NCBI GenBank assembly: GCA_963926275.1
Contig: CAWUWP010000108.1
Span: forward strand, 1 to 36,127
Source of the DNA: an uncultured Gammaproteobacteria bacterium
Lineage (GTDB): Bacteria > Pseudomonadota > Gammaproteobacteria > UBA4575
Length of the DNA stretch: 36,127 bases
Reading direction: 5' to 3'
A model generated the notes under the pieces. The model worked only from the letters and a program-made list of their open reading frames with translations, was not told where the DNA came from and ran no database searches. The first letter of the stretch is position 1. The number at the start of each line of letters is the position of its first letter. Positions 18,403 through 30,909 of this stretch are shown piece by piece. The translations under genes were made by a program, and so were the position numbers.

Positions 18403-20729
18403 ATGGGTAAGAACCTAGTCATCGTAGAGTCGCCGGCCAAAGCCAAGACAATCGAAAAATATTTGGGTAAAGATTTCACTGTGCTGGCCTCTTACGGGCA
18501 CGTCCGTGATCTTGTGCCTAAAGAAGGCGCTGTTGATACTGAAAATCAATTTGCGATGAAGTATCAACTAATTGAACGTAACGAAAAACACGTCACCGCC
18601 ATTAGCAAAGCCCTAAAAAAATGTGATGCTTTATATCTCGCGACTGATCCAGATAGAGAAGGCGAAGCCATTTCATGGCATTTATCCGAATTATTAAAAG
18701 AAAGAGGTCTGCTCGAGAATAAAGAAGTTCATCGAGTTGTATTTCACGAAATCACTAAGTCCGCCGTTCAGGATGCTATCGATAATCCTCGTGGACTGGC
18801 AACTGACTTGGTTTATGCGCAACAAGCTAGGCGAGCACTCGACTATTTGGTTGGGTTTAATCTATCTCCGTTATTGTGGAAAAAAATTAAACGGGGACTA
18901 TCTGCAGGTCGCGTTCAAAGCCCTGCCTTAAGACTTCTGTGCGAACGTGAAGATGAAATTGAAAAATTTGAAGCCTTAGAATATTGGACTATTGAAGCTG
19001 ACTGTAAAAAGAAAAACAGCCGTTCCAAGCCAAGTTATCGCACTATAAAAAAGATAAGCTCAGTCAATTTGACATCAACAACGAAAAGCTAGCGAAAGCA
19101 GCACACAAAACATTAACTAAAGCCGCTGATGGAAAGCTCATCGTTGGCAAAGTGGCTAAAAAAGAAAGACGTCGCAATCCTACCGCCCCATTTATCACCT
19201 CTACTTTGCAACAAGAAGCGATTCGCAAGCTACGCTTTTCAGCGCAAAAAGCTATGCGTACTGCCCAGCAACTGTATGAAGGAATCGATTTAGGCGCAGG
19301 CCCCGTTGGTCTTATCACCTACATGCGTACTGACTCTGTGGTATTAGCTAACGAAGCCGTAGAAGAGATTCGCGAACTTATTAAGCAACGCTATGGCAAA
19401 GACTCAGTCCCTGCCAAACCGCCAGTCTATAAAACTAAATCTAAGAATGCCCAGGAAGCTCACGAAGCTGTTCGCCCAACTTCAGCGTTGCTAATACCTG
19501 AAGAGATTAAGGAACACTTAACAGCAGAACAGTACAAACTTTACGATTTGATTTGGAAACGAACGGTTGCCAGTCAAATGACTCACGCAACTTTAAATAC
19601 GGTTTCCGTCGAACTTCACTGTGGTAATAAAGATAATATCTTTCGTGCCTCAGGTTCATCGATAAAAGATGCAGGATTTATGGCTGTCTATCAAGAAGGC
19701 GCCGACGATAAAGCCGACGATAGTGGTGATGAAAGATTACTTCCAGTGATGGAAGTTGGTGATGAAATCAACTTAGAAGAAATTCGTAGTGAGCAACATT
19801 TTACTGAGCCACCACCAAGATTTTCTGAAGCTAGTTTAATTAAGTCGTTAGAGGAATACGGTATCGGCCGACCTTCAACCTATGCCTCGATTATTTCTAC
19901 TATTCAAAATAGAGAATATGCAGAAATTGAGAGCCGGCGCTTTTTCCCAACTGATATCGGCCGCTTAGTCACACGCTTTCTAACGAAGCACTTTACTCAG
20001 TATGTTGACTACGATTTCACAGCACGCCTAGAAGACGAGCTAGATGAAATATCTCGCGGTGAAAAAGACTGGGTTCCCGTCATGGAAGCTTTTTGGAATC
20101 CGTTTGATGAATTAGTTAAAGATAAAGAAGTTTCTGTCACGCGCGAAGAAGCAATAGAGGCACGTGACCTTGGTATGCATCCCAAGTCAGGCAAACCGAT
20201 GAGTGTTCGCATGGGTCGCTACGGTCCTTTTGTTCAAATTGGAACTAAGGATGATGAAGATAAACCAAAATTTGCTGGATTACGCCCAGGCCAAAAGATG
20301 GATTCTGTCACCATGGAAGATGCGTTGGAGTTATTTAAACTACCACGTGACTTAGGTGAAACAGAAGATGGTGAGAAAATTGCTGCCAGTTTTGGTCGCT
20401 TTGGCCCCTACGTTAAGTTCGGCACTAAGTACGCATCAATCAAAGGCGAAGACCCACACACGATTACTTTAGAAAAAGCACTTGAGTTCATTACGGTCAA
20501 AAAAGAAGAAGACGCTAACAAGTTTATAAATGAATTTGTAGAAGAGGGTATTCAGGTTCTTAATGGACGCTATGGCCCTTATGTCACTGATGGAAAAAAG
20601 AACGCAAAAATTCCAAAAGATGTAGAACCAGAATCATTAACACTTGAGCAATGCAAAGAAATGATTGCTAAAGCACCAGCTCGCAAAGCGCGGCGCAAAA
20701 CTGCTAAAAAGAAAAAGTCTTCTAAGTAA
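18403..20729 (+). CDS. topA: DNA topoisomerase I, split by a single -1 frameshift at about 19006-19016
   Basis: LVIVESPAKAKTI, ATDPDREGE, SAGRVQS, then LITYMRTDS, QEAHEAVRPT, GIGRPSTYA. C-terminal GR(Y/F)GP repeats and a Lys-rich tail. Adding one A joins the two ORFs. Confidence 0.93.
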
Positions 20730-20746
20730 TCCAAAGATATTTGTTG

Positions 20747-21292
20747 ATGACCAACTCATCACACAATCAAGCCGCTGTTGTTTTACAAAATCATGGTGTG
20801 ATTGCCCATCAGACCGATACAGTCATTGGCCTAGCCTGTTTACCTATCAATAAATTATTGACGCGTTTAAGTAAAATTAAACACCGTCACCATCAAAAAT
20901 GTTTTATTTTATTAGCTTCATCACTTGATCAACTAAACGACTTTATCCAGGTAGATGAAGATTCTTTAAGCACATTAGCTACTGTTACCCAGCAACCTAC
21001 CACTTGGTTGGTTGCTGCCAAAAAGAATGTGTCACAACAGCTTATTGGGAATACAAACAAAATTGCTGTTCGTATAACTAATCATATTGGTGTTAAGTCA
21101 ATTTGTGATCAGGTGGGTGCGATAGTATCGACCAGTGCGAATATAAGTACTCAACCCATTTGTATAAACACACAACATGCACGTAATATATTTGGGCCTA
21201 ACATTGATTATATTGACCAGAATCAAACGCCCGGCACTGGGAAATCTAGTACCATCATTGATTTGAGCAGCAGCAATATTTTACGTGGGTAG
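20747..21292 (+). CDS. tsaC: Threonylcarbamoyl-AMP synthase, TsaC/YrdC family
   Basis: [31 protein letters not shown]; ATG 20747 preferred over TTG 20741. Confidence 0.88.
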   Translation: MTNSSHNQAAVVLQNHGVIAHQTDTVIGLACLPINKLLTRLSKIKHRHHQKCFILLASSLDQLNDFIQVDEDSLSTLATVTQQPTTWLVAAKKNVSQQLIGNTNKIAVRITNHIGVKSICDQVGAIVSTSANISTQPICINTQHARNIFGPNIDYIDQNQTPGTGKSSTIIDLSSSNILRG

Positions 21293-21300
21293 GAAAATTT

Positions 21301-23224
<1,924 letters not shown>

Positions 23225-23244
23225 TTATTGTTGATAATCCTCTG

Positions 23245-24066
23245 GTGAATAATATGTACGCAGTGATTGGCAATCCGATAAAACTTAGAAAATCTCCTCT
23301 CATACACACGGCTTTCGCTGAGCAAGAAAATACCTATATTAATTATCAGCGTATTCTTGCTGATAAAGATAAATTCACAGAAAGCGTTAATGAATTTATC
23401 CGTCATGGCGGTCTTGGCTTAAACATCACGGTTCCGTTTAAAATTGTTGCTTATCAACAATGCCAGCAATTGAATGAATATGCACAGGCAGCAGGTGCAG
23501 TAAATACCATTAGCTTTGACTCAAAGATAGGTTGGATTGGTGCAAACACAGATGGCGTTGGTTTATTAACCGATCTAAAAAATAATCAGCACATTCAGTT
23601 AAATAATAAAAACATTCTTATTCTCGGTGCCGGCGGTGCCACACGCGGCATTCTTCTCCCGCTATTGAAGGAGAATCCATCCAGAATATTAATTGCTAAT
23701 AGAACCGTTTCTAAAGCTGATGCATTGGCTGATACTTTTTCAGACGCGGGAAACATTAGTAGTTGTGCTTATGAAGATATAGATGACCTAGCATTTGACC
23801 TAATTATCAATGCCACTTCCGCAAGTCTAGATAATGACATCCCTCCGATTCCAGATAATATTGTCGGTACCGAAACCATTTGTTATGACTTAGCTTATAG
23901 CGACAAACCCACCGCATTTATTAATTGGTCAGCCACACTAAACGCAAAGAAATCACTTGATGGGCTTGGAATGCTAATTGAGCAAGCTGCTGAGTCATAT
24001 TATATTTGGAGAGGCTTTCGGCCTTGCACCCAGCCTGTCTTTAATATGCTCCGCCCTGAAAGTTAA
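23245..24066 (+). CDS. aroE: Shikimate dehydrogenase
   Basis: NITVPFK, GAVNT, NTDG, LGAGGA, NATS, DGLGMLIEQAA. Confidence 0.93.
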   Translation: MNNMYAVIGNPIKLRKSPLIHTAFAEQENTYINYQRILADKDKFTESVNEFIRHGGLGLNITVPFKIVAYQQCQQLNEYAQAAGAVNTISFDSKIGWIGANTDGVGLLTDLKNNQHIQLNNKNILILGAGGATRGILLPLLKENPSRILIANRTVSKADALADTFSDAGNISSCAYEDIDDLAFDLIINATSASLDNDIPPIPDNIVGTETICYDLAYSDKPTAFINWSATLNAKKSLDGLGMLIEQAAESYYIWRGFRPCTQPVFNMLRPES

Positions 24067-24599
24067 TCCTCGGCAGTTTCGTGCATTTGTTTTACTTTCA
24101 CATAATGACTGGCTGAGTAGGATAGATACTCTATTTCTCTCTCACTCAACTTGCGCACTTTCTTGGCCGGTCGACCCATCCACAAATAACCCCCCTCAAG
24201 TTCTTTTCCATTAGTCACCAGCGAACCTGCGCCCACCATGGCATGCTTATGCACCACGGCATTGTCCAATATCACTGTACCAATACCAATTAAACAACAA
24301 TCCATTAATGTGCAGGCGTGCAAAACCACTGAATGCCCAACTGTCACGTCATTTCCAATCGTCATACTGGCGCCGTCGGGACTAAATTCACCCTCATGAC
24401 TGACGTGCAGAATCGAACCATCTTGTATATTAGTGCGCTCACCAATCGTAATAGTATTGATATCACCCCTAACCACTGACATCGGCCAAATTGAGCTATC
24501 GGCACCCACCGTGACTTGTCCAATGACTAAAGCAGTAGGATCGATGTAAGCAGTTTTATGTACCTTAGGAGCATGTGTATGAAACTTTCTTATTGTCAT
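24063..24599 (-). CDS. yrdA: Gamma carbonic anhydrase family protein
   Basis: Start moved to ATG 24599 (MTIRKF); RGD, TNIQDGSILH, VTVGHSVVLH hexapeptide repeats. Confidence 0.92.
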   Translation of the reverse strand: MTIRKFHTHAPKVHKTAYIDPTALVIGQVTVGADSSIWPMSVVRGDINTITIGERTNIQDGSILHVSHEGEFSPDGASMTIGNDVTVGHSVVLHACTLMDCCLIGIGTVILDNAVVHKHAMVGAGSLVTNGKELEGGYLWMGRPAKKVRKLSEREIEYLSYSASHYVKVKQMHETAED

Positions 24600-24676
24600 A
24601 GTTTGGCGTGTTATTGAATTATTTATGGTAATGCTATCATGCCAATTAATAAGCCGATAATCACAAATACAACTCA

Positions 24677-25549
24677 ATGTCTTTAAAATCTAAGCTAACT
24701 GCCTACGCTCAGCTAATTCGCTTGAACAAGCCTATTGGAATTTTTCTTTTGCTTTGGCCGACACTATGGGCATTAATTATTGCCAGCGAAGGAAAACCGG
24801 ATTTAACAATTTTAGTTGTATTTATACTTGGGGTAATTTTAATGCGTTCAGCCGGATGCGCGATCAATGATTTTGCAGATCAAAACTTTGATGGCGACGT
24901 TGAAAGAACCAACAATCGCCCGCTCGTTACTGGCAAAGTATCTTCACTAGAAGCTGTTTCTATATTTGTAATTTTAGCTCTGATTGCATTTTGTTTAGTG
25001 GTGTTATTTTTAAACAAGCTAACACTATGGTTTTCTTTAGTCGCCATTACATTAGCTGCATCATACCCATTTACCAAATGCTTACATTATCTACCCCAAG
25101 TGCATTTAGGCCTAGCATTCGCATGGGCTGTTCCGATGGCGTTTGTTGCCATCACAGACACCTATCCACCAAAGTGGGGATGGCTGCTCTTCATAGCAAC
25201 CATCATTTGGACGACAGCCTACGACACTATGTATGGCATGGTAGACCGTAAAGACGACCTTAGAATTGGCGTAAAATCTACAGCAATTTTATTTGGCTCG
25301 GCTGATCGTACTATTATAGGTTTATTACAGATCTTTGTTGTATTCGCTTTAATTGCAGTGGGCACACAAGCAGATCTACGTTACTGGTATTTTTGTAGTT
25401 TATTTCTAGTCACTTTATTTTTTCTTTATCAACAGCTACTAATCTATGCTCGAAAACCTCGTGACTGTTTTGATGCTTTTCTAAATAATAATTATGTGGG
25501 TCTTATTATATTATTAGGCATTGCTGCAAGTTATTGGCTACCTATTTAG
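24677..25549 (+). CDS. ubiA: 4-hydroxybenzoate polyprenyltransferase
   Basis: RLNKPIG, RSAGCAIND..D, ERTNNRPL, YDTMY..VDRKDD, GVKSTA. Confidence 0.96.
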   Translation: MSLKSKLTAYAQLIRLNKPIGIFLLLWPTLWALIIASEGKPDLTILVVFILGVILMRSAGCAINDFADQNFDGDVERTNNRPLVTGKVSSLEAVSIFVILALIAFCLVVLFLNKLTLWFSLVAITLAASYPFTKCLHYLPQVHLGLAFAWAVPMAFVAITDTYPPKWGWLLFIATIIWTTAYDTMYGMVDRKDDLRIGVKSTAILFGSADRTIIGLLQIFVVFALIAVGTQADLRYWYFCSLFLVTLFFLYQQLLIYARKPRDCFDAFLNNNYVGLIILLGIAASYWLPI

Positions 25550-26264
25550 TACGAGCAATCGCCCACACAGTTACTCGCTTAACACCGGATTTTTTTAAAC
25601 AACGGCTAAGTTCATTCACTGTCGCTGCGGTAGTCACCACCTCGTCAAAAATAATGACATAATCATTATTAATTGGCCTCTCAATTGTAAATGCTGCTTT
25701 GACATTTTTTCTACGTTGGCTTTTAGTTTTACCGGCTTGTGTTTGCGTGTATTGAGTACGAGATACGCTAGTTAAATCGTAATTAAACTTTACTTGTTTA
25801 TGGAGTAGCCTAATTAATTCATACACTGCATTGAGCCCTCTTTGGCGAACTCGTGCAGGATGGCTGGGTACAGGTAACACCAACCCTGTTTTTGAAACTT
25901 GAGCAAATGACATTAATGATAATTCAATTAATGTGTGCGCATTCTCCCATTGATTAAAATATTTATATCCTGAGATTAGCTTATCGATAGGTGCCTGATA
26001 CCAAAAATTAGCGTCAATATGATCATAATATGGTGGTATCTTTTGACATTCCCCACAAATTTTAGCTGAACTCTTATTGGCTGCTATCGGTAATCCGCAC
26101 GCCACACACAAGCATTCATGACGACACCATGGAAGATGGCTAATACAAAGATCACATATTCCTGATTGGCCTTTATTATGAGATCCACAGACACAACATA
26201 CCCAGGGATAAATCATCCTGGTTGCTATTGACATTAACTTGTTAAATTTATTGATGCCTTTCAT
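25542..26264 (-). CDS. comF: ComF family protein (double zinc ribbon plus PRT-like domain) with altered motifs
   Basis: CxxC repeats, PVPSH..R..QRG.N, RRKNVKAAF, DEVVTTAAT; divergent from bioB. Confidence 0.88.
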   Translation of the reverse strand: MKGINKFNKLMSIATRMIYPWVCCVCGSHNKGQSGICDLCISHLPWCRHECLCVACGLPIAANKSSAKICGECQKIPPYYDHIDANFWYQAPIDKLISGYKYFNQWENAHTLIELSLMSFAQVSKTGLVLPVPSHPARVRQRGLNAVYELIRLLHKQVKFNYDLTSVSRTQYTQTQAGKTKSQRRKNVKAAFTIERPINNDYVIIFDEVVTTAATVNELSRCLKKSGVKRVTVWAIARTK

Positions 26265-26292
26265 TTGACAAGTGCTTGTAGGCGTTTAGACT
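26265..26292 (+). promoter_or_regulatory. Candidate sigma70 promoter of bioB-bioF
   Basis: TTGACA-16 nt-TAGACT, 33 nt upstream of bioB ATG. Confidence 0.55.
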
Positions 26293-26325
26293 CCTGTACC
26301 TAAATATTTCAAAAGTGAGCGGTTA

Positions 26326-27279
26326 ATGAGTACAAAAATGTGGGATAAGAAAGAAGTCGGCGATATTTTTGCTAAGCCATTTAACGATTTATTATTTGAA
26401 GCTCAGAGTATTCATCGCGCTCATCATAATCCGAACACCATTCAAGCTAGCACGCTACTTTCAATCAAAACAGGCGCATGCCCTGAAGATTGTGCGTATT
26501 GCCCACAAAGCGCACGTTATGACACAGGCTTAGAGCGCGAACGCTTACTTTCTCTGGATGAGGTAAGAACGGCTGCCCAAAACGCCAAACAACAGGGAGC
26601 GACCCGATTTTGCATGGGTGCCGCCTGGCGCAACCCCACCGATAAAAACCTTGAAACTGTGATTGAAATGATTAAAGAGGTGCAGTCCGAAAAATTGGAG
26701 ACTTGTGTCACCTTAGGCATGCTGACTAAAAAACAATCAATACGCTTAGCCGAAGTCGGTCTGGATTACTACAATCACAATCTTGATACTTCACCAGAAT
26801 TTTACGGAGATATCATCACCACTCGTGACTACCAGGACAGATTGGATACCTTAAAACATGTAAGAGATTCAGGGGTTAATGTATGTTCAGGGGGTATTTT
26901 GGGCTTGGGTGAAAACCGTCAGCAACGTGTTGGCTTATTACTGGAGTTAGCTAACTTAGACCCTCAACCTGAATCTGTACCCATTAACTTGCTCGTACAA
27001 ATCGAAGGGACGCCTCTATACGGCACTGATGAACTTGACCCGATTGAGTTTGTACGCATGATAGCGGCAACACGCGTGTTAATGCCCGACACTTATATTC
27101 GTTTGTCTGCAGGACGCGAGTCTATGAATGATGCTATGCAAGCCCTTTGCTTTCATGCCGGTGCCAATTCAGTGTTTTTTGGTGAAAAACTATTAACTGC
27201 GCCAAATCCTGATATTGATGAAGATACCAATTTATTTGAACGCTTAGGTATGAGCTTAGAGGCACAAGCAAGCCACTAG
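26326..27279 (+). CDS. bioB: Biotin synthase
   Basis: [15 protein letters not shown] radical SAM motif, YNHNLDT, PESVPIN, RLSAGR. Confidence 0.98.
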   Translation: MSTKMWDKKEVGDIFAKPFNDLLFEAQSIHRAHHNPNTIQASTLLSIKTGACPEDCAYCPQSARYDTGLERERLLSLDEVRTAAQNAKQQGATRFCMGAAWRNPTDKNLETVIEMIKEVQSEKLETCVTLGMLTKKQSIRLAEVGLDYYNHNLDTSPEFYGDIITTRDYQDRLDTLKHVRDSGVNVCSGGILGLGENRQQRVGLLLELANLDPQPESVPINLLVQIEGTPLYGTDELDPIEFVRMIAATRVLMPDTYIRLSAGRESMNDAMQALCFHAGANSVFFGEKLLTAPNPDIDEDTNLFERLGMSLEAQASH

Positions 27280-27290
27280 CAACTGCGGCA

Positions 27291-28466
27291 GTGCAAATTT
27301 CAATTTCACAACATCTGGCTAACTTAAAACAGCAAGGCGCTTATAGGCAACGTCGACAACTAAATAGTCCTCAGGACATTGAGGTAGTTGTTGATGGCAA
27401 GAAATTTTTATCTTTTTGCAGTAACGATTATTTAGGCTTAGCTAATGACGCCCGTGTTTGCCTGGCAGCCAAAAATGCTATTACTAACTTTGGTGTTGGC
27501 ACTGGCGCTTCTCAACTTATCACCGGCTATACCTCGCTGCATGCTTCACTAGAAGAACAGCTGGCAGAATTCCTAGGCTATCCTCGCTGCGTATTATTTT
27601 CATCAGGCTATCTCGCTAACCTGGGTGTTATTTCTGCTTTCAGTACTCGCCATAGCTTGATTTTACAGGACCGACTCAACCATGCTTCCCTGATTGATGC
27701 GGCAAGATATGCTGGTGGGCAGTTAAAACGCTATCAACATCGTGATATTAATCATGCCAATGAAATTATCGCTAGTAGTCAATCCGAGCAACACTTAATT
27801 GTTAGTGATGGCGTATTTAGTATGGAAGGAAGTATTGCTCCTCTAGAACAGCTCCATCAGCTAAAACGAAATACTAACGATAAATTAATTATTGATGATG
27901 CCCATGCAATCGGTGTGCTTGGCTCGAAAGGTAAAGGCAGTTTAGAACATCTAGGCATTGAACCTTCTAAGGTAGATATTTTAATTGGCACATTTGGCAA
28001 AGCCTTTGGTGGTAGTGGTGCGTTTGTTTTAGGTGATAACGATACTATTGATTTTATTATTCAAAAAGCACGTACATTAATTTATACCACTGCTGCTCCT
28101 GCTAGCTTAGCTGCGGCAGCAATTCAAAGTTTAAATATCATTATTAATGAGCCTGAACGCAGACAGAGACTACATGAAAATATTCAATACTTTCGTAAAG
28201 CCTTATCTGTTACTACCTTAGAACTACTAGACTCAATCACAGCAATCCAAACGATTATCATCGGTGAAAACAAACAAACTTTATGGTTCAGCAAACAATT
28301 AGAAACACATGGCTTGTTAGTTCTTGCCATACGCCCTCCAACCGTACCAGTAAATACAGCACGTTTACGCATCACATTATCTAGTGAACACACTCAGCAA
28401 CAGATCGACCAATTAGTTAATTCATTGATAGACATTGAAAACGATATGAAGCTTCAAGCCAAGTAA
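27291..28466 (+). CDS. bioF: 8-amino-7-oxononanoate synthase
   Basis: SNDYLGL, NHASLID, FSMEG, DDAH, GTFGKAFG, AIRPPTVP. Confidence 0.96.
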   Translation: MQISISQHLANLKQQGAYRQRRQLNSPQDIEVVVDGKKFLSFCSNDYLGLANDARVCLAAKNAITNFGVGTGASQLITGYTSLHASLEEQLAEFLGYPRCVLFSSGYLANLGVISAFSTRHSLILQDRLNHASLIDAARYAGGQLKRYQHRDINHANEIIASSQSEQHLIVSDGVFSMEGSIAPLEQLHQLKRNTNDKLIIDDAHAIGVLGSKGKGSLEHLGIEPSKVDILIGTFGKAFGGSGAFVLGDNDTIDFIIQKARTLIYTTAAPASLAAAAIQSLNIIINEPERRQRLHENIQYFRKALSVTTLELLDSITAIQTIIIGENKQTLWFSKQLETHGLLVLAIRPPTVPVNTARLRITLSSEHTQQQIDQLVNSLIDIENDMKLQAK

Positions 28467-29135
28467 TTACATTAGCCCGTGTTCCGCCATAGAAAGAATA
28501 TCTTCGCCAACAATAATATGATCAAGCACGGGCGCATCAATAAGCGCTAATGCTTGTTTCAGCCTTTTAGTGATTTGCTTATCCGCAGTACTGGGTTGAT
28601 TATTCCCAGAAGGATGGTTATGAGCAAAGATGACCGTCGCTGCATTTGTGTTTAATACTAGCTTCACCACCTAGCGTGGATAAATACTTGCACAATTGAT
28701 TGAGCCAACAAAAAGCTCTTCATAGCGAATGAGTTGGTGACGCGTATCTAATAACAAACAAGCAAATACCTCATTTTTATAATCACGCATTTTAGACAAC
28801 AAATAATTAGCCGTATCTTTTGATCCACTCATCATCGGTTTGGATAATAACTGTTCTTTCAGACTACGTTGTGCAATCTCGTTTATTGCAGAAATTTGTG
28901 CGAACTTCGCTGGGCCTAACCCTTTAATTTTTTGCAGCTGACCACTTTCACAAGCCAACAAGCTACGCAGATCTCCGAACTGGACTAGCAGTTCTTGTGC
29001 TAGCACCACTGCACTTTTACCTAACGTTCCTGTTGTCAGGATAATTGCTAACAATTCTGCATCGGAGAGCACGTCACAACCATCATTAATCAACCTTTCT
29101 CTTGGGCGATTTTTTACTGGCCAATTTCGTATCAT
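28467..29135 (-). pseudogene. radC: RadC/YicR JAB-domain protein with an internal TAG
   Basis: From ATG 29135: WP...RPRE, LSDAELLAI, GLGPAK, IYPR*VVK, AHNHPSG, S.AD, LDH. The two track ORFs are in the same frame, separated only by TAG at 28671-28673. Confidence 0.9.
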
Positions 29136-29196
29136 CAGTGATAAAACTAGGGTTAGATTCACGATCTGAGTATTGATTCTGGTACACTTCTTTGTC

Positions 29197-30384
29197 ATGA
29201 AACTTACAAACAAGCATATCCTTGTCGCCGTTAGCGGCGGAATCGCTGCCTATAAGAGTGCCGAATTTGTGCGTGCACTACAAAGGGTTGGTGCACAAGT
29301 ACGTGTTGTTATGACAGAAAGTGCAACAAAGTTTGTCACCCCATTGACCTTTCAAGCACTATCAGGTTACCCCGTTCATAGCTCTGATAATGGTAGCTTT
29401 GATAAAGCCGGTATGGATCACATTGCCTTGGCACGCTGGTCAGATGCCATTATCGTTGCACCCGCCACTGCTAACATCATTGCCAAAATCAGTAATGGCG
29501 TAGCCGACAGTTTTGTCAGTTCTCTTTGTCTCGCTCACCAAGGCCCGTTAGCAATCGCTCCGGCCATGAATCAAGCTATGTGGATGAATTCTGCGACACA
29601 ACAAAACATAACTACCTTAAGAGAGCGTGAAGTAAAAATATTTGGGCCGGCGCAAGGGGTTCAAGCCTGTGGTGAAACTGGCGAAGGAAGAATGCTAGAT
29701 CCTGATGAATTAGTACTTCAATGCATTTCTCTGTTTACTAATCATAGCCTCACCGCTAAAAAAGTGGTGATTACTGCAGGACCGACATTAGAACCTATCG
29801 ACCCGGTTCGTTTTATCAGTAATCGATCATCTGGAAAAATGGGTTACGCAATCGCAGATGCGGCCATGGAGGCTGGCGCTCAAGTCACCGTCATAAGTGG
29901 GCCGACACATTTGCAAGAAAATAAGCGTATTAATTATGTGCATGTCGAAACTGCACAGCAAATGCATACCGCTGTAATGCAACAATGTACTGATGCTGAC
30001 TTATTTATTGCTACTGCTGCCGTGGCTGACTATCAGCCGCTCAACATAGACAAGCAAAAAATCAAAAAAAATGAGGATCTAATTTCTATGCAGCTAACAC
30101 GCACTCCCGATATATTAAAAGAAATAAAATTATCTCAGCCTAATTTATTCTGTGTAGGCTTTGCTGCAGAAACAGAAAATCTTATCGAAAATGCGAGAAC
30201 AAAATTACAAAACAAATCACTCAACATGATTATTGCTAATCAGGTTGGATTACCTAACCAGGGCTTTGACAGTGATTTTAATGCATTGGAAATTATTTCA
30301 CATGACGCTCATGTATCTTTAACTTTAGCTCGTAAATCAGACCTTGCTCGAAAAGTAATTAAACACATCTCTGACCACCTTTAA
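29197..30384 (+). CDS. coaBC: Bifunctional phosphopantothenoylcysteine decarboxylase/synthase
   Basis: Start moved to ATG 29197; GGIAAYK, APATAN, PAMN, QACGETGEGRM, DPVRFISNRSSGKMG, GFAAET. Confidence 0.97.
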   Translation: MKLTNKHILVAVSGGIAAYKSAEFVRALQRVGAQVRVVMTESATKFVTPLTFQALSGYPVHSSDNGSFDKAGMDHIALARWSDAIIVAPATANIIAKISNGVADSFVSSLCLAHQGPLAIAPAMNQAMWMNSATQQNITTLREREVKIFGPAQGVQACGETGEGRMLDPDELVLQCISLFTNHSLTAKKVVITAGPTLEPIDPVRFISNRSSGKMGYAIADAAMEAGAQVTVISGPTHLQENKRINYVHVETAQQMHTAVMQQCTDADLFIATAAVADYQPLNIDKQKIKKNEDLISMQLTRTPDILKEIKLSQPNLFCVGFAAETENLIENARTKLQNKSLNMIIANQVGLPNQGFDSDFNALEIISHDAHVSLTLARKSDLARKVIKHISDHL

Positions 30385-30403
30385 AAACTAACATCTCAAA
30401 CAA

Positions 30404-30877
30404 ATGTCACTTATCTCCAATCAAAATAAAATTAAACTTAAAATATTAGATAGCCGTATTGGAACAGAATTTCCAACACCTAGTTATGCCACTCGCGGTT
30501 CAGCTGGCTTAGACTTACAAGCATGCATTAATGAAACAATGACCGTCATGCCTGGTAAAACACATTTGATCCCGACGGGTATCTCAATTTTTATTGATGA
30601 TCCATCATTAGCTGCAGTGATACTTCCGCGTTCTGGATTAGGTCACAAGCATGGCATTGTTCTTGGAAACTTAGTCGGGTTAATAGATTCGGATTATCAA
30701 GGCCCTTTAATGGTTTCCTTATGGAACCGAGGTGAAACAGAATTCCAAATTGAACCAGGGGATCGTATTGCCCAGCTGGTTTTTGTGCCCGTTGTTCAAG
30801 CAATTTTTGAAGTTGTTGATGACTTCACTGAAACAGAACGTGGTGAAGGTGGCTTTGGCCACACCGGCAAACAGTAA
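30404..30877 (+). CDS. dut: dUTPase
   Basis: [37 protein letters not shown]. Confidence 0.98.
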   Translation: MSLISNQNKIKLKILDSRIGTEFPTPSYATRGSAGLDLQACINETMTVMPGKTHLIPTGISIFIDDPSLAAVILPRSGLGHKHGIVLGNLVGLIDSDYQGPLMVSLWNRGETEFQIEPGDRIAQLVFVPVVQAIFEVVDDFTETERGEGGFGHTGKQ

Positions 30878-30909
30878 TAAATTTAAATAGTTAACCTGAG
30901 TACAAAACA

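Noticed and set aside
26265-26325. BirA operator between comF and bioB
   Set aside because: No convincing TGTAAACC-N14-16-GGTTTACA dyad is visible
28467-29135. radC as a marker of a prophage, ICE or anti-restriction element
   Set aside because: It is the long chromosomal form divergent from coaBC-dut; no integrase or mobile genes nearby
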